From NCBI GenBank assembly GCA_018818885.1, contig JAHIRB010000040.1:32985-96984 (forward strand): 64,000 nucleotides of DNA. Reading direction: 5' to 3'. The DNA is from Patescibacteria group bacterium (lineage in GTDB: Bacteria; Patescibacteriota; Patescibacteriia; Buchananbacterales; SURF-54). Below the pieces are notes generated by a model. It was not told the DNA's origin, made no database searches, and saw only the letters and a list, made by a program, of their open reading frames with translations. The translations under genes were made by a program, and so were the position numbers. This document shows, piece after piece, positions 36,010-46,253 of this stretch. Positions within the stretch are counted from its first letter, which is position 1. Each line of letters starts with the position of its first letter.

Positions 36010-37257
36010 TTATGGTTTTTGTATCTTTTTAAAACCAGTATATTTGTGTAAGACTTTTGGTACATCAACAGTACCATCTTCGTTTTGAAATTGTTCAAGT
36101 ATTGCAGGTAATAATCTACTTGTAGCAAGACCAGATGCATTAAGTGTATGTACAAACTCATTCTTCCCAGTTTTTGAATCTTTGAATCTAATATTGCCTC
36201 GTCTAGCTTGGTAATCTAAAGCATTGGAGATACTGGAAACTTCTTTATAAGTATCCATACTGGGAATCCAAACTTCAACATCGATTGTTTTTGCCATAGC
36301 TGCAGAAGCATCTCGTGCTGCCAATAATACAGATTGAAAATGCAATCCTAAACCATCTGTTAATTTTTGTGCATAATCAGTTAGTTCATCAAACCCTTTC
36401 CATGAATCTTCAGGTTTGGTAAATTGAAACATTTCGATTTTGTTAAACTGATGCCCTCGTATCATTCCTCTTTCTTCTTTACGGTAACTGCCAGCCTCTC
36501 TTCTAAAGCATGCAGAATAAGCACAATATTTTAGGGGTAGATTTTCTTCGAGTAAAATCTCATCTCTATGATAGTTACCTAACATCATTTCGCTTGTTGC
36601 ATTTAGACAAGTTTTTTCTTGTGTCCAGAACAAATCATCTCTAAATTTTGGTAAGTGGCCAGACGTATATGCTGATTGTTCAGTTAACAAAAATGGCGGG
36701 ATCATGAATGTATAATTATTCTTTTGATGAAAATCAATAAAATAATTTAAAAGTGACCACTCAAGTATTGCTCCCTGGCCTTTATAGACCCAAAACCCTG
36801 CCCCAGACATCTTAGCTCCCCGTTCGTAATCAATCATATCAAGATCGGTTGCTAATTGTACATGATCTTTTGTTTTGAATTTAAAATTTGGCTTTTTGCC
36901 AAAAGTTTTTATAACTTTATTATTTTCTTTTCCGCCTGCTACTACATCGTCAGCTGTAATATTTGGTAAATCACCCAGTTTCACATTAAATTCTGTTTCA
37001 ACCTTACGAATTTTTTCATCTAGACTTTTAATTTTTTCTCCTACTACCTTCATTTTCTTAATAATCTGCTCATCAGGCTTAGTTTTAGAATACTTGTTCC
37101 GCTCTGCTTTCAATACTTCGACTTCTTGTAGTAATTGTTTTCTTTCATCATCAAGCTTGATAATTGCATCCAAATTTAAATTCTTTGGATCCATTCTTTT
37201 TAGTAAGGATTTTTCTATTGTCTTTTTATCTTCTCTTATTTTATTTATATCCAACAT
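36010..37257 (-). CDS. serS: Serine--tRNA ligase
   Basis: N-terminal coiled coil, TSE, FRREAG, HTLNASGLA. Confidence 0.96.
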   Translation of the reverse strand: MLDINKIREDKKTIEKSLLKRMDPKNLNLDAIIKLDDERKQLLQEVEVLKAERNKYSKTKPDEQIIKKMKVVGEKIKSLDEKIRKVETEFNVKLGDLPNITADDVVAGGKENNKVIKTFGKKPNFKFKTKDHVQLATDLDMIDYERGAKMSGAGFWVYKGQGAILEWSLLNYFIDFHQKNNYTFMIPPFLLTEQSAYTSGHLPKFRDDLFWTQEKTCLNATSEMMLGNYHRDEILLEENLPLKYCAYSACFRREAGSYRKEERGMIRGHQFNKIEMFQFTKPEDSWKGFDELTDYAQKLTDGLGLHFQSVLLAARDASAAMAKTIDVEVWIPSMDTYKEVSSISNALDYQARRGNIRFKDSKTGKNEFVHTLNASGLATSRLLPAILEQFQNEDGTVDVPKVLHKYTGFKKIQKP

Positions 37258-37649
37258 ATTAAATTTTTAAATTTTGATGATTTATTAATATTTCGCTTAT
37301 ATGCTTTAAGCCTTACTATTTTTATTTTAGGAAAATTATTACTCAAATTATCCGTAAAAATTTTTTGATCATACCCTAAACAAATCACGTCTGGTTTTAC
37401 TTTTTGTATAATTTTGTAAGGATTATTCAAATTTCCTAAAACTGAATTATCGACAACGTTTAATTCGGATACTAATTTTAATCTATCTTTTTCATTATTT
37501 AAAGGTTTCTTGTGCTTGATTTTTTTTACGTTAACATCTCTAGCAACTACTACAATCAATTTCTGTGCAAATTTTTTTGCTTGTTTAAAAAAATCTAGGT
37601 GACCTGGATGCAATATATCAAATGTACCAAACACTATGACTTTAGTCAT
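37245..37649 (-). CDS. Cytidylyltransferase family, RibL-like FAD synthase
   Basis: FGTFDILHPGH, VVVARD, LGYDQ. Confidence 0.85.
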   Translation of the reverse strand: MTKVIVFGTFDILHPGHLDFFKQAKKFAQKLIVVVARDVNVKKIKHKKPLNNEKDRLKLVSELNVVDNSVLGNLNNPYKIIQKVKPDVICLGYDQKIFTDNLSNNFPKIKIVRLKAYKRNINKSSKFKNLICWI

Positions 37650-37654
37650 ATTGA

Positions 37655-39109
37655 TTATTTTTCTTTCATAGTTGGAAACAAAACTACTTCGCGAATTGAA
37701 TCAACACCAGCCATAACCATAAATAATCTATCTAAACCTATGCCAAATCCCGCTGTTGGTGGCATACCGTATTCTAAGGCTTCAATAAAATCTTCATCCA
37801 TCATTTGCGCTTCTTTATCGCCTGCTTTACGTAACTTGACTTGTTCTTCAAAGCGTTGCTTTTGGTCTTGCGGATCATTAAGCTCTGAAAATCCATTTCC
37901 AATTTCTACACCTGCTACTACAACCACCATTCTTTCAGCAATGTCTGGATTTTCTTGACTTCTCTTTGCCAGAGGAGAAACCGAAACTGGTAAATTAATA
38001 ACAAAAGTTGGTTGTATTAATTTTGTACGTACTACTTTTTTGTAAAGCTGATCAATAAGTCTTCCGCGACCTAGCTTTATATCTGTTTTTACATTATGCT
38101 TTTTAATAGCATCGATTATCTCCTCATCGCTTGCTTTGACAACATCGATACCTGTTTCTTTTTTGATTGCTTGTACATAATCAACCTTTTCCCAAGGCTT
38201 TTTAAAATCAATTTTATGTCCTACAAAATCACATTTTAAAGTTCCAAAAGTTTTTTTCATAATATCAACATAAAAACTTTCTACAAATTTCATTAGATCG
38301 TTATAATCATCATAAGCTGAATAAAATTCTAACATAGTAAACTCTTGTAAATGTTGAGTACTCATACCCTCGTTTCTAAAAACCTTACCAATTTCAAAAA
38401 CTTTTTCAAAACCACCTATCATCAATCTTTTTAAATGCAATTCTAAAGATATTCTTAAATACAAATCTATGTCCAGAGTTTCATGATGAGTGATAAAAGG
38501 TTGTGCATCTGCTCCACCCGGCACAGCTTCTAAGGAAGGGATTTCAACTTCTAAAAATTTTTTGTCATCTAGATACTGTCGTACATTTTTAATAAATTTA
38601 CTGCGGCTAATAAATAGTTTTCTTGTTTCTGGATTAGTTATTAAATCCAAATAACGTTTTCTGAAACGTAACTCTTGATCTTTCAAACCATGCCATTTTT
38701 CTGGCAAAGGACGAAGAGCTTTAGTCAGAAGCTTATATTTATTGACTTCAATTGTTAGTTCACCTTTTTGAGTTTTAAAAAGTTTGCCAGACACTCCTAT
38801 GAAATCACCACGATTTAAATTTTTGATAAACTTAAATTCTTCTTTACCTAAAGTATCTTGTTTAAATGCTATTTGAATTGTTCCGCTTCCGTCTTGTAAA
38901 TTGGCAAATGCTAACTTTCCCATTATTCTAATTGTCATAATTCTGCCTGCTACTTTGATATTTTTTGTGCCTAATTGCAATAACAAAACCTCATCAATCT
39001 GGTGAGATCTAGTATATTGGCTGGGATAAGGATCAATCCCCTGCTGCTGTAAATTTTTTACGATGTTTTGCCTAGTTTTTCTTTCGTTAATATCTTGGTC
39101 GTTTGTCAT
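37655..39109 (-). CDS. lysS: Lysine--tRNA ligase class II
   Basis: YLRISLEL, FRNEG, YGMPPTAGFGIGLDRL. Confidence 0.97.
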   Translation of the reverse strand: MTNDQDINERKTRQNIVKNLQQQGIDPYPSQYTRSHQIDEVLLLQLGTKNIKVAGRIMTIRIMGKLAFANLQDGSGTIQIAFKQDTLGKEEFKFIKNLNRGDFIGVSGKLFKTQKGELTIEVNKYKLLTKALRPLPEKWHGLKDQELRFRKRYLDLITNPETRKLFISRSKFIKNVRQYLDDKKFLEVEIPSLEAVPGGADAQPFITHHETLDIDLYLRISLELHLKRLMIGGFEKVFEIGKVFRNEGMSTQHLQEFTMLEFYSAYDDYNDLMKFVESFYVDIMKKTFGTLKCDFVGHKIDFKKPWEKVDYVQAIKKETGIDVVKASDEEIIDAIKKHNVKTDIKLGRGRLIDQLYKKVVRTKLIQPTFVINLPVSVSPLAKRSQENPDIAERMVVVVAGVEIGNGFSELNDPQDQKQRFEEQVKLRKAGDKEAQMMDEDFIEALEYGMPPTAGFGIGLDRLFMVMAGVDSIREVVLFPTMKEK

Positions 39110-39162
39110 ATTTTATTCAAATATTATAGATATATTTTACCCTAAAGTACCCTTTTTAGTCA

Positions 39163-39191
39163 AAAAACCGTCTCAAATTTTGAGACGGTTT
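39163..39191 (-). terminator. greA terminator
   Basis: AAACCGTCTCAAA/TTTGAGACGGTTT with U-tract. Confidence 0.85.
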
Positions 39192-39209
39192 AATCTGATT
39201 GTACAACTG

Positions 39210-39665
39210 TTAACTAATTGCTAAAATTTCACATTCCATTTCTCCTTTGGGAACAATGACTTTCACAACATCTCCAACCTTACTACCCAAGAACGCTTGG
39301 CCTAAGGGTGATTCATTAGATATTTTATATTCAGCTGGATTTGCTTCGTTTGAACCAACAATTTCATATTCTCTTTCCGAGCCTTCACATAATATCTTTA
39401 CCTTGTGACCAATATCAACAATATCACTCTTTTTGTTATTTTCTACAATTACAACATTCTTTATCATATGTTCTAGCTCTATTATTCTTCCCTCAATAAA
39501 GCCTTGTTCGTCTTTTGCATCATGATAGTCTGCATTTTCGGAAAGATCTCCTAATTCTTTAGCTTTGGTAATGCGTTCTATGACTTCTTTTCTTTTAACA
39601 TTTTTAAGCTCTTCTAGCTCTGACATTAACTTTGTTAAACCCTCTTTTGAAATATATTGTGTCAT
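39210..39665 (-). CDS. greA: Transcription elongation factor GreA
   Basis: GDLSENADY, ISNESPLG. Confidence 0.97.
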   Translation of the reverse strand: MTQYISKEGLTKLMSELEELKNVKRKEVIERITKAKELGDLSENADYHDAKDEQGFIEGRIIELEHMIKNVVIVENNKKSDIVDIGHKVKILCEGSEREYEIVGSNEANPAEYKISNESPLGQAFLGSKVGDVVKVIVPKGEMECEILAIS

Positions 39666-39790
39666 AATTTAATTTTTATTTTTCGAAAAAATACTATAAT
39701 AAGTATTTTTGAGTGTGAACTAAACGATAGATTGATTTAAACTTTATGTCAAGGCAAGATTTCCAGAATTTATCCACATTTGACCTAAAC

Positions 39791-41728
39791 TCAACGATTT
39801 TGCGCCCACCACATAAATATTTCAGCAGCTACCCCTTGTGCAGTATTTATACCAACACTTCCCTCCTCCACTAAAACTGCAATAGCAATTTCTGGATTAT
39901 TATACGAAGCATAACCAGTAAACCATGAATGTGGTGCTTCTCCTTCAAGCCACTGGGCTGTTCCTGTTTTACCAGCCGAAGTCATACCTACACCTTGCAA
40001 TCCCACAGCACTACCTGAGGTAACAGTCTGCCTTAAGCCCTGTTGGACGGTTATCACATTTTGATCTTCGATAAAATCTTGTCGGATATTTTGTGGTTTG
40101 ATTTGTTTGACTACATTTCCTTGAGTATCCAAAATTTCTTTGACAATGTAAGGTCGTAGTAATTTTCCATCACTTGCGAAAAAATTCATCCATGTTGCTG
40201 CCTGTAAAACTGTAACTAGAATATCTCCCTGTCCGATAGACAAATGATACGTATCACCTAAAAACCACGGCTCACCTTTTACTTCTTGCTTCCAGGTATC
40301 ATCAGGTACCAGACCGCTCGCCTCGTTGGGCAAATCAATACCAAGACTATTTCCTAAACCAAATAATGTAAAATAATTGTTTAATTTTTCTAGTCCTAAA
40401 CCTTCAAAATCTTCATAGCCGCCACCGACTAAATAGAAAAAAGTGTTAATTGATTCAGCTATTGCTTTTTTGACATCTGTTGAACCGTGTCCACCCTCTT
40501 TCCAGTCTGGATAAAACCAATTCTCAACAGATATTCCGCCCGTACTGTTTATTTTTGTATTACTAGTAACAATATTTTCTTCTAGCCCGGCAATTGCTAC
40601 AATTGGCTTAATAGTAGAACCAGACGGATACTGTCCAGAAATCGCCCGATTAAACAATGGCAAATTTTTATCATTAAGCAATTCATCAAATTTTTCTTGA
40701 GAAATACCTAGGGTAAAATCGTTGTTGTCATAAGTAGGCAAACTCACAAGCGCTAAAACCGCACCAGTACCTGGTTCCAAAATTATCACTGAACCTCGCT
40801 TTTTACCGTAAGCTCTCAACGTTTTGAATAGTGCATCTTTAGCAATTCTTTGTAGGTCAGAATCAATTGTTAAAACCAAATTACTGCCTGGTATTGGTTC
40901 TTCTTTAGAAATTATTTTACTTTGGTTACCAAACGCATCTACTTCTATTTTTTCTACTCCATCTTTTCCTCTTAAAACTTTTTCGTAATATTTTTCAATT
41001 CCGTCCTTACCCACAGAATCATTTTGTAGATAACCTTGATCTTGATATTGTTCAAATTCCTCAGAAGAAATTTTTCCGGGGTATCCCAAAATATGTGAAT
41101 ATGAATAATCTTGTTCAGTCGCTGGATAGTGACGCTTTGATTGCATAATTAGTACAACACCAGCAATGTTACTTGTTAACAACTTAATTTCAATCGCTTT
41201 TTGATATTCTATATTATTCATTACTACAACTGGGTCATAAGAAAAAGTAGATTGATTATCTATCAAGTTTTTAATTTCATCAGTATTCTTTAAACTCACT
41301 TCAGCTAGCCAATTAATTGTTTCTGCTCTTTTTTGTTCATCTTGGGGAAAATCTACTGGTATAATTGCTAACTCAAAACTAACAATATTTTCAGCTAAAA
41401 CATTTTTATCTCTATCATAAATCACTCCTCTCATTGCTGGTTTCCTGATAACTCGTATACGATTACCCTCTGCAACGCTTCGATAATGTTCGCCCCTAAC
41501 GACCTGCAAATATACTACTCTAAATAAAATACTCAATAATAATATAACAACGATAAAAAAAATAAAACTAATTCGTTTGTTACTTAAACTTACACCTATA
41601 AAACCTGTTTCTTTATTTTTATCAGAAATTATATCTTCTAAAAACGAACCATCATTTTGGCCATGGTTTATTTTAGTATCTTTTATTTTTTGATTTTCTA
41701 AATTATTAAATATGTTTGATTTTGGCAT
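39791..41728 (-). CDS. mrdA: Penicillin-binding protein 2
   Basis: RGVIYDR, STIK (SxxK), SIN, KTGT. Confidence 0.95.
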   Translation of the reverse strand: MPKSNIFNNLENQKIKDTKINHGQNDGSFLEDIISDKNKETGFIGVSLSNKRISFIFFIVVILLLSILFRVVYLQVVRGEHYRSVAEGNRIRVIRKPAMRGVIYDRDKNVLAENIVSFELAIIPVDFPQDEQKRAETINWLAEVSLKNTDEIKNLIDNQSTFSYDPVVVMNNIEYQKAIEIKLLTSNIAGVVLIMQSKRHYPATEQDYSYSHILGYPGKISSEEFEQYQDQGYLQNDSVGKDGIEKYYEKVLRGKDGVEKIEVDAFGNQSKIISKEEPIPGSNLVLTIDSDLQRIAKDALFKTLRAYGKKRGSVIILEPGTGAVLALVSLPTYDNNDFTLGISQEKFDELLNDKNLPLFNRAISGQYPSGSTIKPIVAIAGLEENIVTSNTKINSTGGISVENWFYPDWKEGGHGSTDVKKAIAESINTFFYLVGGGYEDFEGLGLEKLNNYFTLFGLGNSLGIDLPNEASGLVPDDTWKQEVKGEPWFLGDTYHLSIGQGDILVTVLQAATWMNFFASDGKLLRPYIVKEILDTQGNVVKQIKPQNIRQDFIEDQNVITVQQGLRQTVTSGSAVGLQGVGMTSAGKTGTAQWLEGEAPHSWFTGYASYNNPEIAIAVLVEEGSVGINTAQGVAAEIFMWWAQNR

Positions 41729-41729
41729 A

Positions 41730-42260
41730 CTAAGCAGTTTTAATACCATCAATATTCAAAATGTATTTTCTAAATGAAGTATAAAGGAAAAAATATACAA
41801 TAACGATAAGATAGGTGAAGACTAACTGCCATAATCCGTTTATGACATATTTATAATTGAATACCATGTGGTGCAACAAATTATTAAAAAAGAATGTTAT
41901 GTATGAAAAAAGTAATATCAAAATATTATAAGTAGCAACTCCGGCAAACGTTAACACCAGTAACGAAAAAAAAGTTCGGTTAGTAAAAAGATGAATAAAG
42001 AGTAAATTAATGATGATGGTTGTAAGCAGTAGTGTTAAAACTGTTATACCAAAAAATAATGGGGAATATATTTCTAGAAAAATTCCTAAAATCATACTTA
42101 ATAATAATGCTTTTTTGTAATCGATTAATACGGTTAAAAATATTACTAAAGCTAAAATTAAATTTAGATTATTATAGGGAAAACTAAGCATAGAAAAAAA
42201 GCTAACGTGCGAAACAATTAGTAACAAAATAATTAAAACGTACAAAGTTTTTTTTATCAT
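41730..42260 (-). CDS. mreD: Rod shape-determining protein MreD
   Basis: Hydrophobic; between mreC and mrdA. Confidence 0.8.
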   Translation of the reverse strand: MIKKTLYVLIILLLIVSHVSFFSMLSFPYNNLNLILALVIFLTVLIDYKKALLLSMILGIFLEIYSPLFFGITVLTLLLTTIIINLLFIHLFTNRTFFSLLVLTFAGVATYNILILLFSYITFFFNNLLHHMVFNYKYVINGLWQLVFTYLIVIVYFFLYTSFRKYILNIDGIKTA

Positions 42261-43069
42261 AACTTGGGTGGTAAGATAATTGAAACAATATTGATATTTT
42301 CAAAATTAACTATTTGTTTTATATCCGCAGTCTGAAAAAAACTATTAGGAGGAAAACTAACATTTTCAATAGTTCCAATCACTAAATTTTGTGGAATTTT
42401 TTTTTCTAAAGATGAGGTTACAACAATATCTCCAACTCCAACAGCCAAATCTACTGGAATAAATTCCATCTTTAAACTCATATCTTGGCCGCCAGTGACG
42501 ATACCAGATGTATTATCAACATTAAGTATGGTGGTAGCAATCTTGCTTGTTTTGCTAGATATTAATAATAAACTACTTAAATTAGGTTTTATATCTGTTA
42601 TTGTTCCAACAATTATCCCTTCTCCCACAATCGCTGGCATTCCCTTTTCTATTCCTTGTGCAGAGCCACAATTCAAAATTAAGATATTTGCGTTATCATC
42701 AAATTGTCTAGTTATTACCCTACAACTAATATATTCTTTTTCGTAAGTTTCTATTAAATGCAACTGATTTCTTAAATTTTCGTTTTCGTTTTCTAAAATT
42801 TTTAATTGCGCATTCTCTAGTGTAAGTTTTTCTATATCTTTATTTAATTTTTGATTTTGTTGTTCTAATGTTTCGATTGATGATGAGCCAAGAAAAGTTT
42901 CATTTACAATTGTACCTACATAATAAATTCTTGTTTGAATGGGTGTTAATATTTTTACTGCTAAATTTTCGAATGGACTTAAAACTCCTAAAAAATGCAA
43001 AAAAATTAGCAGTACCGTAACTGCTATCAAAATAATTGCGTAGTTTGATTTTATTTTAAGAAACCGCAT
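42257..43069 (-). CDS. mreC: Rod shape-determining protein MreC
   Basis: TM, coiled coil ENENLR, GDIVVTS. Confidence 0.92.
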   Translation of the reverse strand: MRFLKIKSNYAIILIAVTVLLIFLHFLGVLSPFENLAVKILTPIQTRIYYVGTIVNETFLGSSSIETLEQQNQKLNKDIEKLTLENAQLKILENENENLRNQLHLIETYEKEYISCRVITRQFDDNANILILNCGSAQGIEKGMPAIVGEGIIVGTITDIKPNLSSLLLISSKTSKIATTILNVDNTSGIVTGGQDMSLKMEFIPVDLAVGVGDIVVTSSLEKKIPQNLVIGTIENVSFPPNSFFQTADIKQIVNFENINIVSIILPPKL

Positions 43070-43074
43070 ATATA

Positions 43075-44130
43075 TTATCTACCCATTTCTTCTTCTGAAC
43101 TCGACGAAGGTATTGTTACCTCAGATAAAAGATTTTCATCTTCCAATAGCATACCCAACCCTCTAACTACACAAGTTTGAGGATCTTCAGTTAAGGCAAC
43201 TATTGTTTTTGTGCTCTTTGAGATTATTTTATCAAAATCTTGAAACAGAGAACCACCACCAGATAGAACTATCCCTTTTTGAAAAATATCAGCAGTTAAT
43301 TCTGGCGGAGTAATTTCTAGGGTTGCTTTTATATTTTCAACAATCATTTTAATGGATCGTTCAATTGCATTAATTATATGCAATGGACTAATACTAAGCT
43401 CTTTAGGTAACCCCGAGACTAAATCACGACCGCGAATTTTTAAATAAGTTTCTTTTCCTTCTTCCAGAGTTCCTAACTGAATTTTTAAGCGCTCTGAGAT
43501 TCTTTCTCCAACTAGTAGATTAAATTCTTTTCTAGCATAATTAATGATATCTTGATCAAAATTTCGGCCTGCTACTTTTAGTGAGCGCCATGCTACAACA
43601 CCGGAAAGTGAAATAACTGCAATTTCGGTTAATCCTCCTCCAATATTTACAATCATGTTGCCAGAAGGATCTTGTATTGGCATCCGAGCACCTATAGCTG
43701 CAGCAATAACATTTTCCACTAAATAAACTTCTCGCGCACCTGCAGAAAGAACTGCATCTTCTACAGCTTTTTTTTCTACTTCTGTAATATCAAGTGGGAT
43801 CCCTATCACCACGCGAGGACGAGGAGCCATATAAAAACTTTCTTTTTGTACTTTATTAATAAAGTACTTAAGCATTTTTTCTGTAACTTCAAAATCAGAA
43901 ATAACTCCATCAACCAAGGGTTTAGAAACAACAATGTGTGGTGGTGTTCTGCCTACCATTTTTTGAGCTTCTTCCCCAATAGCTAAAATTTGATCAGTTC
44001 TGGTATTTACTGCCACAATTGATGATTCATTAACAACTACTCCCCTGTCTTTAACATAGACTAAAGTATTTGATGTTCCTAAATCAATTGCTAAATCTTT
44101 TGAAAATTTTCCTAAAAAATTATCAAACAT
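43075..44130 (-). CDS. mreB: Rod shape-determining protein MreB (divergent copy)
   Basis: IDLGTSNT, DGVISDF; ENVIAAA and VNIGGG in place of EPMAAA and DIGGG. Confidence 0.92.
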   Translation of the reverse strand: MFDNFLGKFSKDLAIDLGTSNTLVYVKDRGVVVNESSIVAVNTRTDQILAIGEEAQKMVGRTPPHIVVSKPLVDGVISDFEVTEKMLKYFINKVQKESFYMAPRPRVVIGIPLDITEVEKKAVEDAVLSAGAREVYLVENVIAAAIGARMPIQDPSGNMIVNIGGGLTEIAVISLSGVVAWRSLKVAGRNFDQDIINYARKEFNLLVGERISERLKIQLGTLEEGKETYLKIRGRDLVSGLPKELSISPLHIINAIERSIKMIVENIKATLEITPPELTADIFQKGIVLSGGGSLFQDFDKIISKSTKTIVALTEDPQTCVVRGLGMLLEDENLLSEVTIPSSSSEEEMGR

Positions 44131-44173
44131 ATTTATTTGCGTAATGAATGAGTAAACAGGTGAAAACTTATAT

Positions 44174-44473
44174 TTATGCTAAATTTGCCTGAATTCGTTG
44201 TATTTCCTCCTTTAATAAATCGTTATCATAATCTCCTGCGTGGATAATTTGTTTACCTAATTTAACCTTTTTTTGATCTAAATGCAAACTACAGATTATC
44301 TTGTCTTTTGTTTCTGATTTTAGATAAATATGAAATCTTGGATAAAAATTTGACGATAGTCTGCGCACAAAACTTTGCTGTTTTGCTCTACGATCATCAT
44401 GTATGTGATATCCGCAATTTCTAAAAAAATTTCTTACATCAATAGTAGTTTCGCTTGAAATTTCAAAATTCAT
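44174..44473 (-). CDS. Hypothetical protein
   Basis: 99 aa; YPRFHIY, LHLDQKK. Confidence 0.8.
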   Translation of the reverse strand: MNFEISSETTIDVRNFFRNCGYHIHDDRRAKQQSFVRRLSSNFYPRFHIYLKSETKDKIICSLHLDQKKVKLGKQIIHAGDYDNDLLKEEIQRIQANLA

Positions 44474-44475
44474 CT

Positions 44476-45639
44476 TTAAAATATATCTTTAACGTAATTA
44501 ACCAAGTTAGCAAATCCATTGCTTAGTTTTGATATGTCTCTAAAGGTTACAAACAAAATTAATAACAAGAGCAAGCTAAAACCTAAATTATGTATTAGAT
44601 TTTCTATTTTTTGATTTATTGCTTTGCCTCGTATTTTCTCAATTATAATAAAAAGTAGTCTTCCGCCATCAAGAGCTGGAAAAGGTGCAAAATTTATAAT
44701 AGCTAAATTAAGTGAAAGTAATGCTGCAAATTGTAGAATATAAATTATACCAAGCCTTGCTACTTGGCCTGTCAAAACTGCTATCCCCACAGGTCCTGCA
44801 ACATCAACAACAACATTCTTACTCACTAATAAATTTCTAAACAATTCATAGAAGGCAACTATAATTGCTTTCATCAAATAGAAAGTTGTTGTAATCCCCT
44901 GCCAGATAGCTAAGTGTATTGGATAAGAAACGGTTGCTGTTTTTACAATGGCAACACCAATACCCGCGCGCTCAGTCTCGGGATTAATTTCTGGTGTTAA
45001 TACTTTTGAAATTTGTTCATCACCACGCGAAATCACTAAACTAATTTCTTGTGCCAGTTTACTATCTAAATACTCTTGGATCTCTTCAATCTCCATAAAT
45101 TCAATACCATCAATAGACACAAACGTATCTCCCATCTGTACTCCTTCTTTTTGCGCTGGCAGCCTATCCACCACTTCAATAACTTGGACTTTTCCTTCGC
45201 TAATCTTTGCTCCTTTAATTTCATGATTGTCGATAATTTGCGGCAGACCAACATAATATCCAATTGAAAGAAGTACCATTGCCAATACAACATTCATAAC
45301 TACCCCAGAAGAGATTACCCATGCTCTTCTGCCTGCGCTCTTGGCTGCTAAACTGTCCTCATCTGTTGCCAGTTCTCCTCCCTCGCCTTTAATTTTTACA
45401 AAACCTCCCAAAGGCAACCAGTTGATTGAATAAATTGTGTTTTGAGTTTCTTTAGTTTTTCTAGTAGCAATTTTCCATTTCCCATCTACTCTATAAATAC
45501 CAAATAAACGTGGAGGTAAACCAAAACCAAATTCGTCTACTCTAACCCCCGCTCGTTTAGCAGTAACAAAATGGCCCATTTCGTGAACAAACACTAATAG
45601 GCTCAAAATTAGTATAAATGTAATTATGGTTAAAAACAT
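44476..45639 (-). CDS. rseP: RIP metalloprotease RseP
   Basis: HEMGH, PDZ, NFAPFPALDGG. Confidence 0.95.
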   Translation of the reverse strand: MFLTIITFILILSLLVFVHEMGHFVTAKRAGVRVDEFGFGLPPRLFGIYRVDGKWKIATRKTKETQNTIYSINWLPLGGFVKIKGEGGELATDEDSLAAKSAGRRAWVISSGVVMNVVLAMVLLSIGYYVGLPQIIDNHEIKGAKISEGKVQVIEVVDRLPAQKEGVQMGDTFVSIDGIEFMEIEEIQEYLDSKLAQEISLVISRGDEQISKVLTPEINPETERAGIGVAIVKTATVSYPIHLAIWQGITTTFYLMKAIIVAFYELFRNLLVSKNVVVDVAGPVGIAVLTGQVARLGIIYILQFAALLSLNLAIINFAPFPALDGGRLLFIIIEKIRGKAINQKIENLIHNLGFSLLLLLILFVTFRDISKLSNGFANLVNYVKDIF

Positions 45640-45698
45640 ATAATACGAATATAAACGAATAAAAAACTAATGAATACGAATATTAGTTTAAATTCGTA

Positions 45699-46250
45699 TT
45701 ATATGCTCATTACCTCCTTTTCTTTAGCATCAGCAATTTCTTTCACTTGTTCATTATATTTTTTAGTCAACTCATCCAAATCTTTGATTAGTTGATATCG
45801 ATCGTCTTCAGTTAATTCTTTATTTTTTTCTTGTTTTATAATTTCTTCTTTTATTTTATCTCTAACTTGCCTAATACTAATGCGTGAATTTTCTGCCTTT
45901 TCGTTAATTATTTTTACAAAATCTTTTCTGCTTTCTTCTGTCATCGCTGGCATTGTTAATCTTATGTTATTGCCATCTGCAACTGGAGAAATACCAATAC
46001 CAGCCTGGTTTATAGCTTTTTCAATATCTTTTGTTATATTTTTATCCCAAGGTTGGATTAAAAGCGTCCTTGCTTCTGGCACAGTAATTGATGCTAACTG
46101 TTTTAGCTGAGTTTTAGTGCCATAGCTATCAACTAAAATATTTTCTACTATTTTGGGGTTAGCTCTGCCAGTTCTAATACCAGCTAATTCCTTCTTTAAA
46201 AAATCAATTGACTTTTCGAATTCTTCTTTTTGTTCATCTATATTTATCAT
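45699..46250 (-). CDS. frr: Ribosome recycling factor
   Basis: IRTGRANP, IQPWD. Confidence 0.97.
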   Translation of the reverse strand: MINIDEQKEEFEKSIDFLKKELAGIRTGRANPKIVENILVDSYGTKTQLKQLASITVPEARTLLIQPWDKNITKDIEKAINQAGIGISPVADGNNIRLTMPAMTEESRKDFVKIINEKAENSRISIRQVRDKIKEEIIKQEKNKELTEDDRYQLIKDLDELTKKYNEQVKEIADAKEKEVMSI

Positions 46251-46253
46251 AAA

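Noticed and set aside
19183-39778. DnaA boxes as oriC
   Set aside because: Boxes are single and far apart, no dnaA/dnaN, and genes converge rather than diverge
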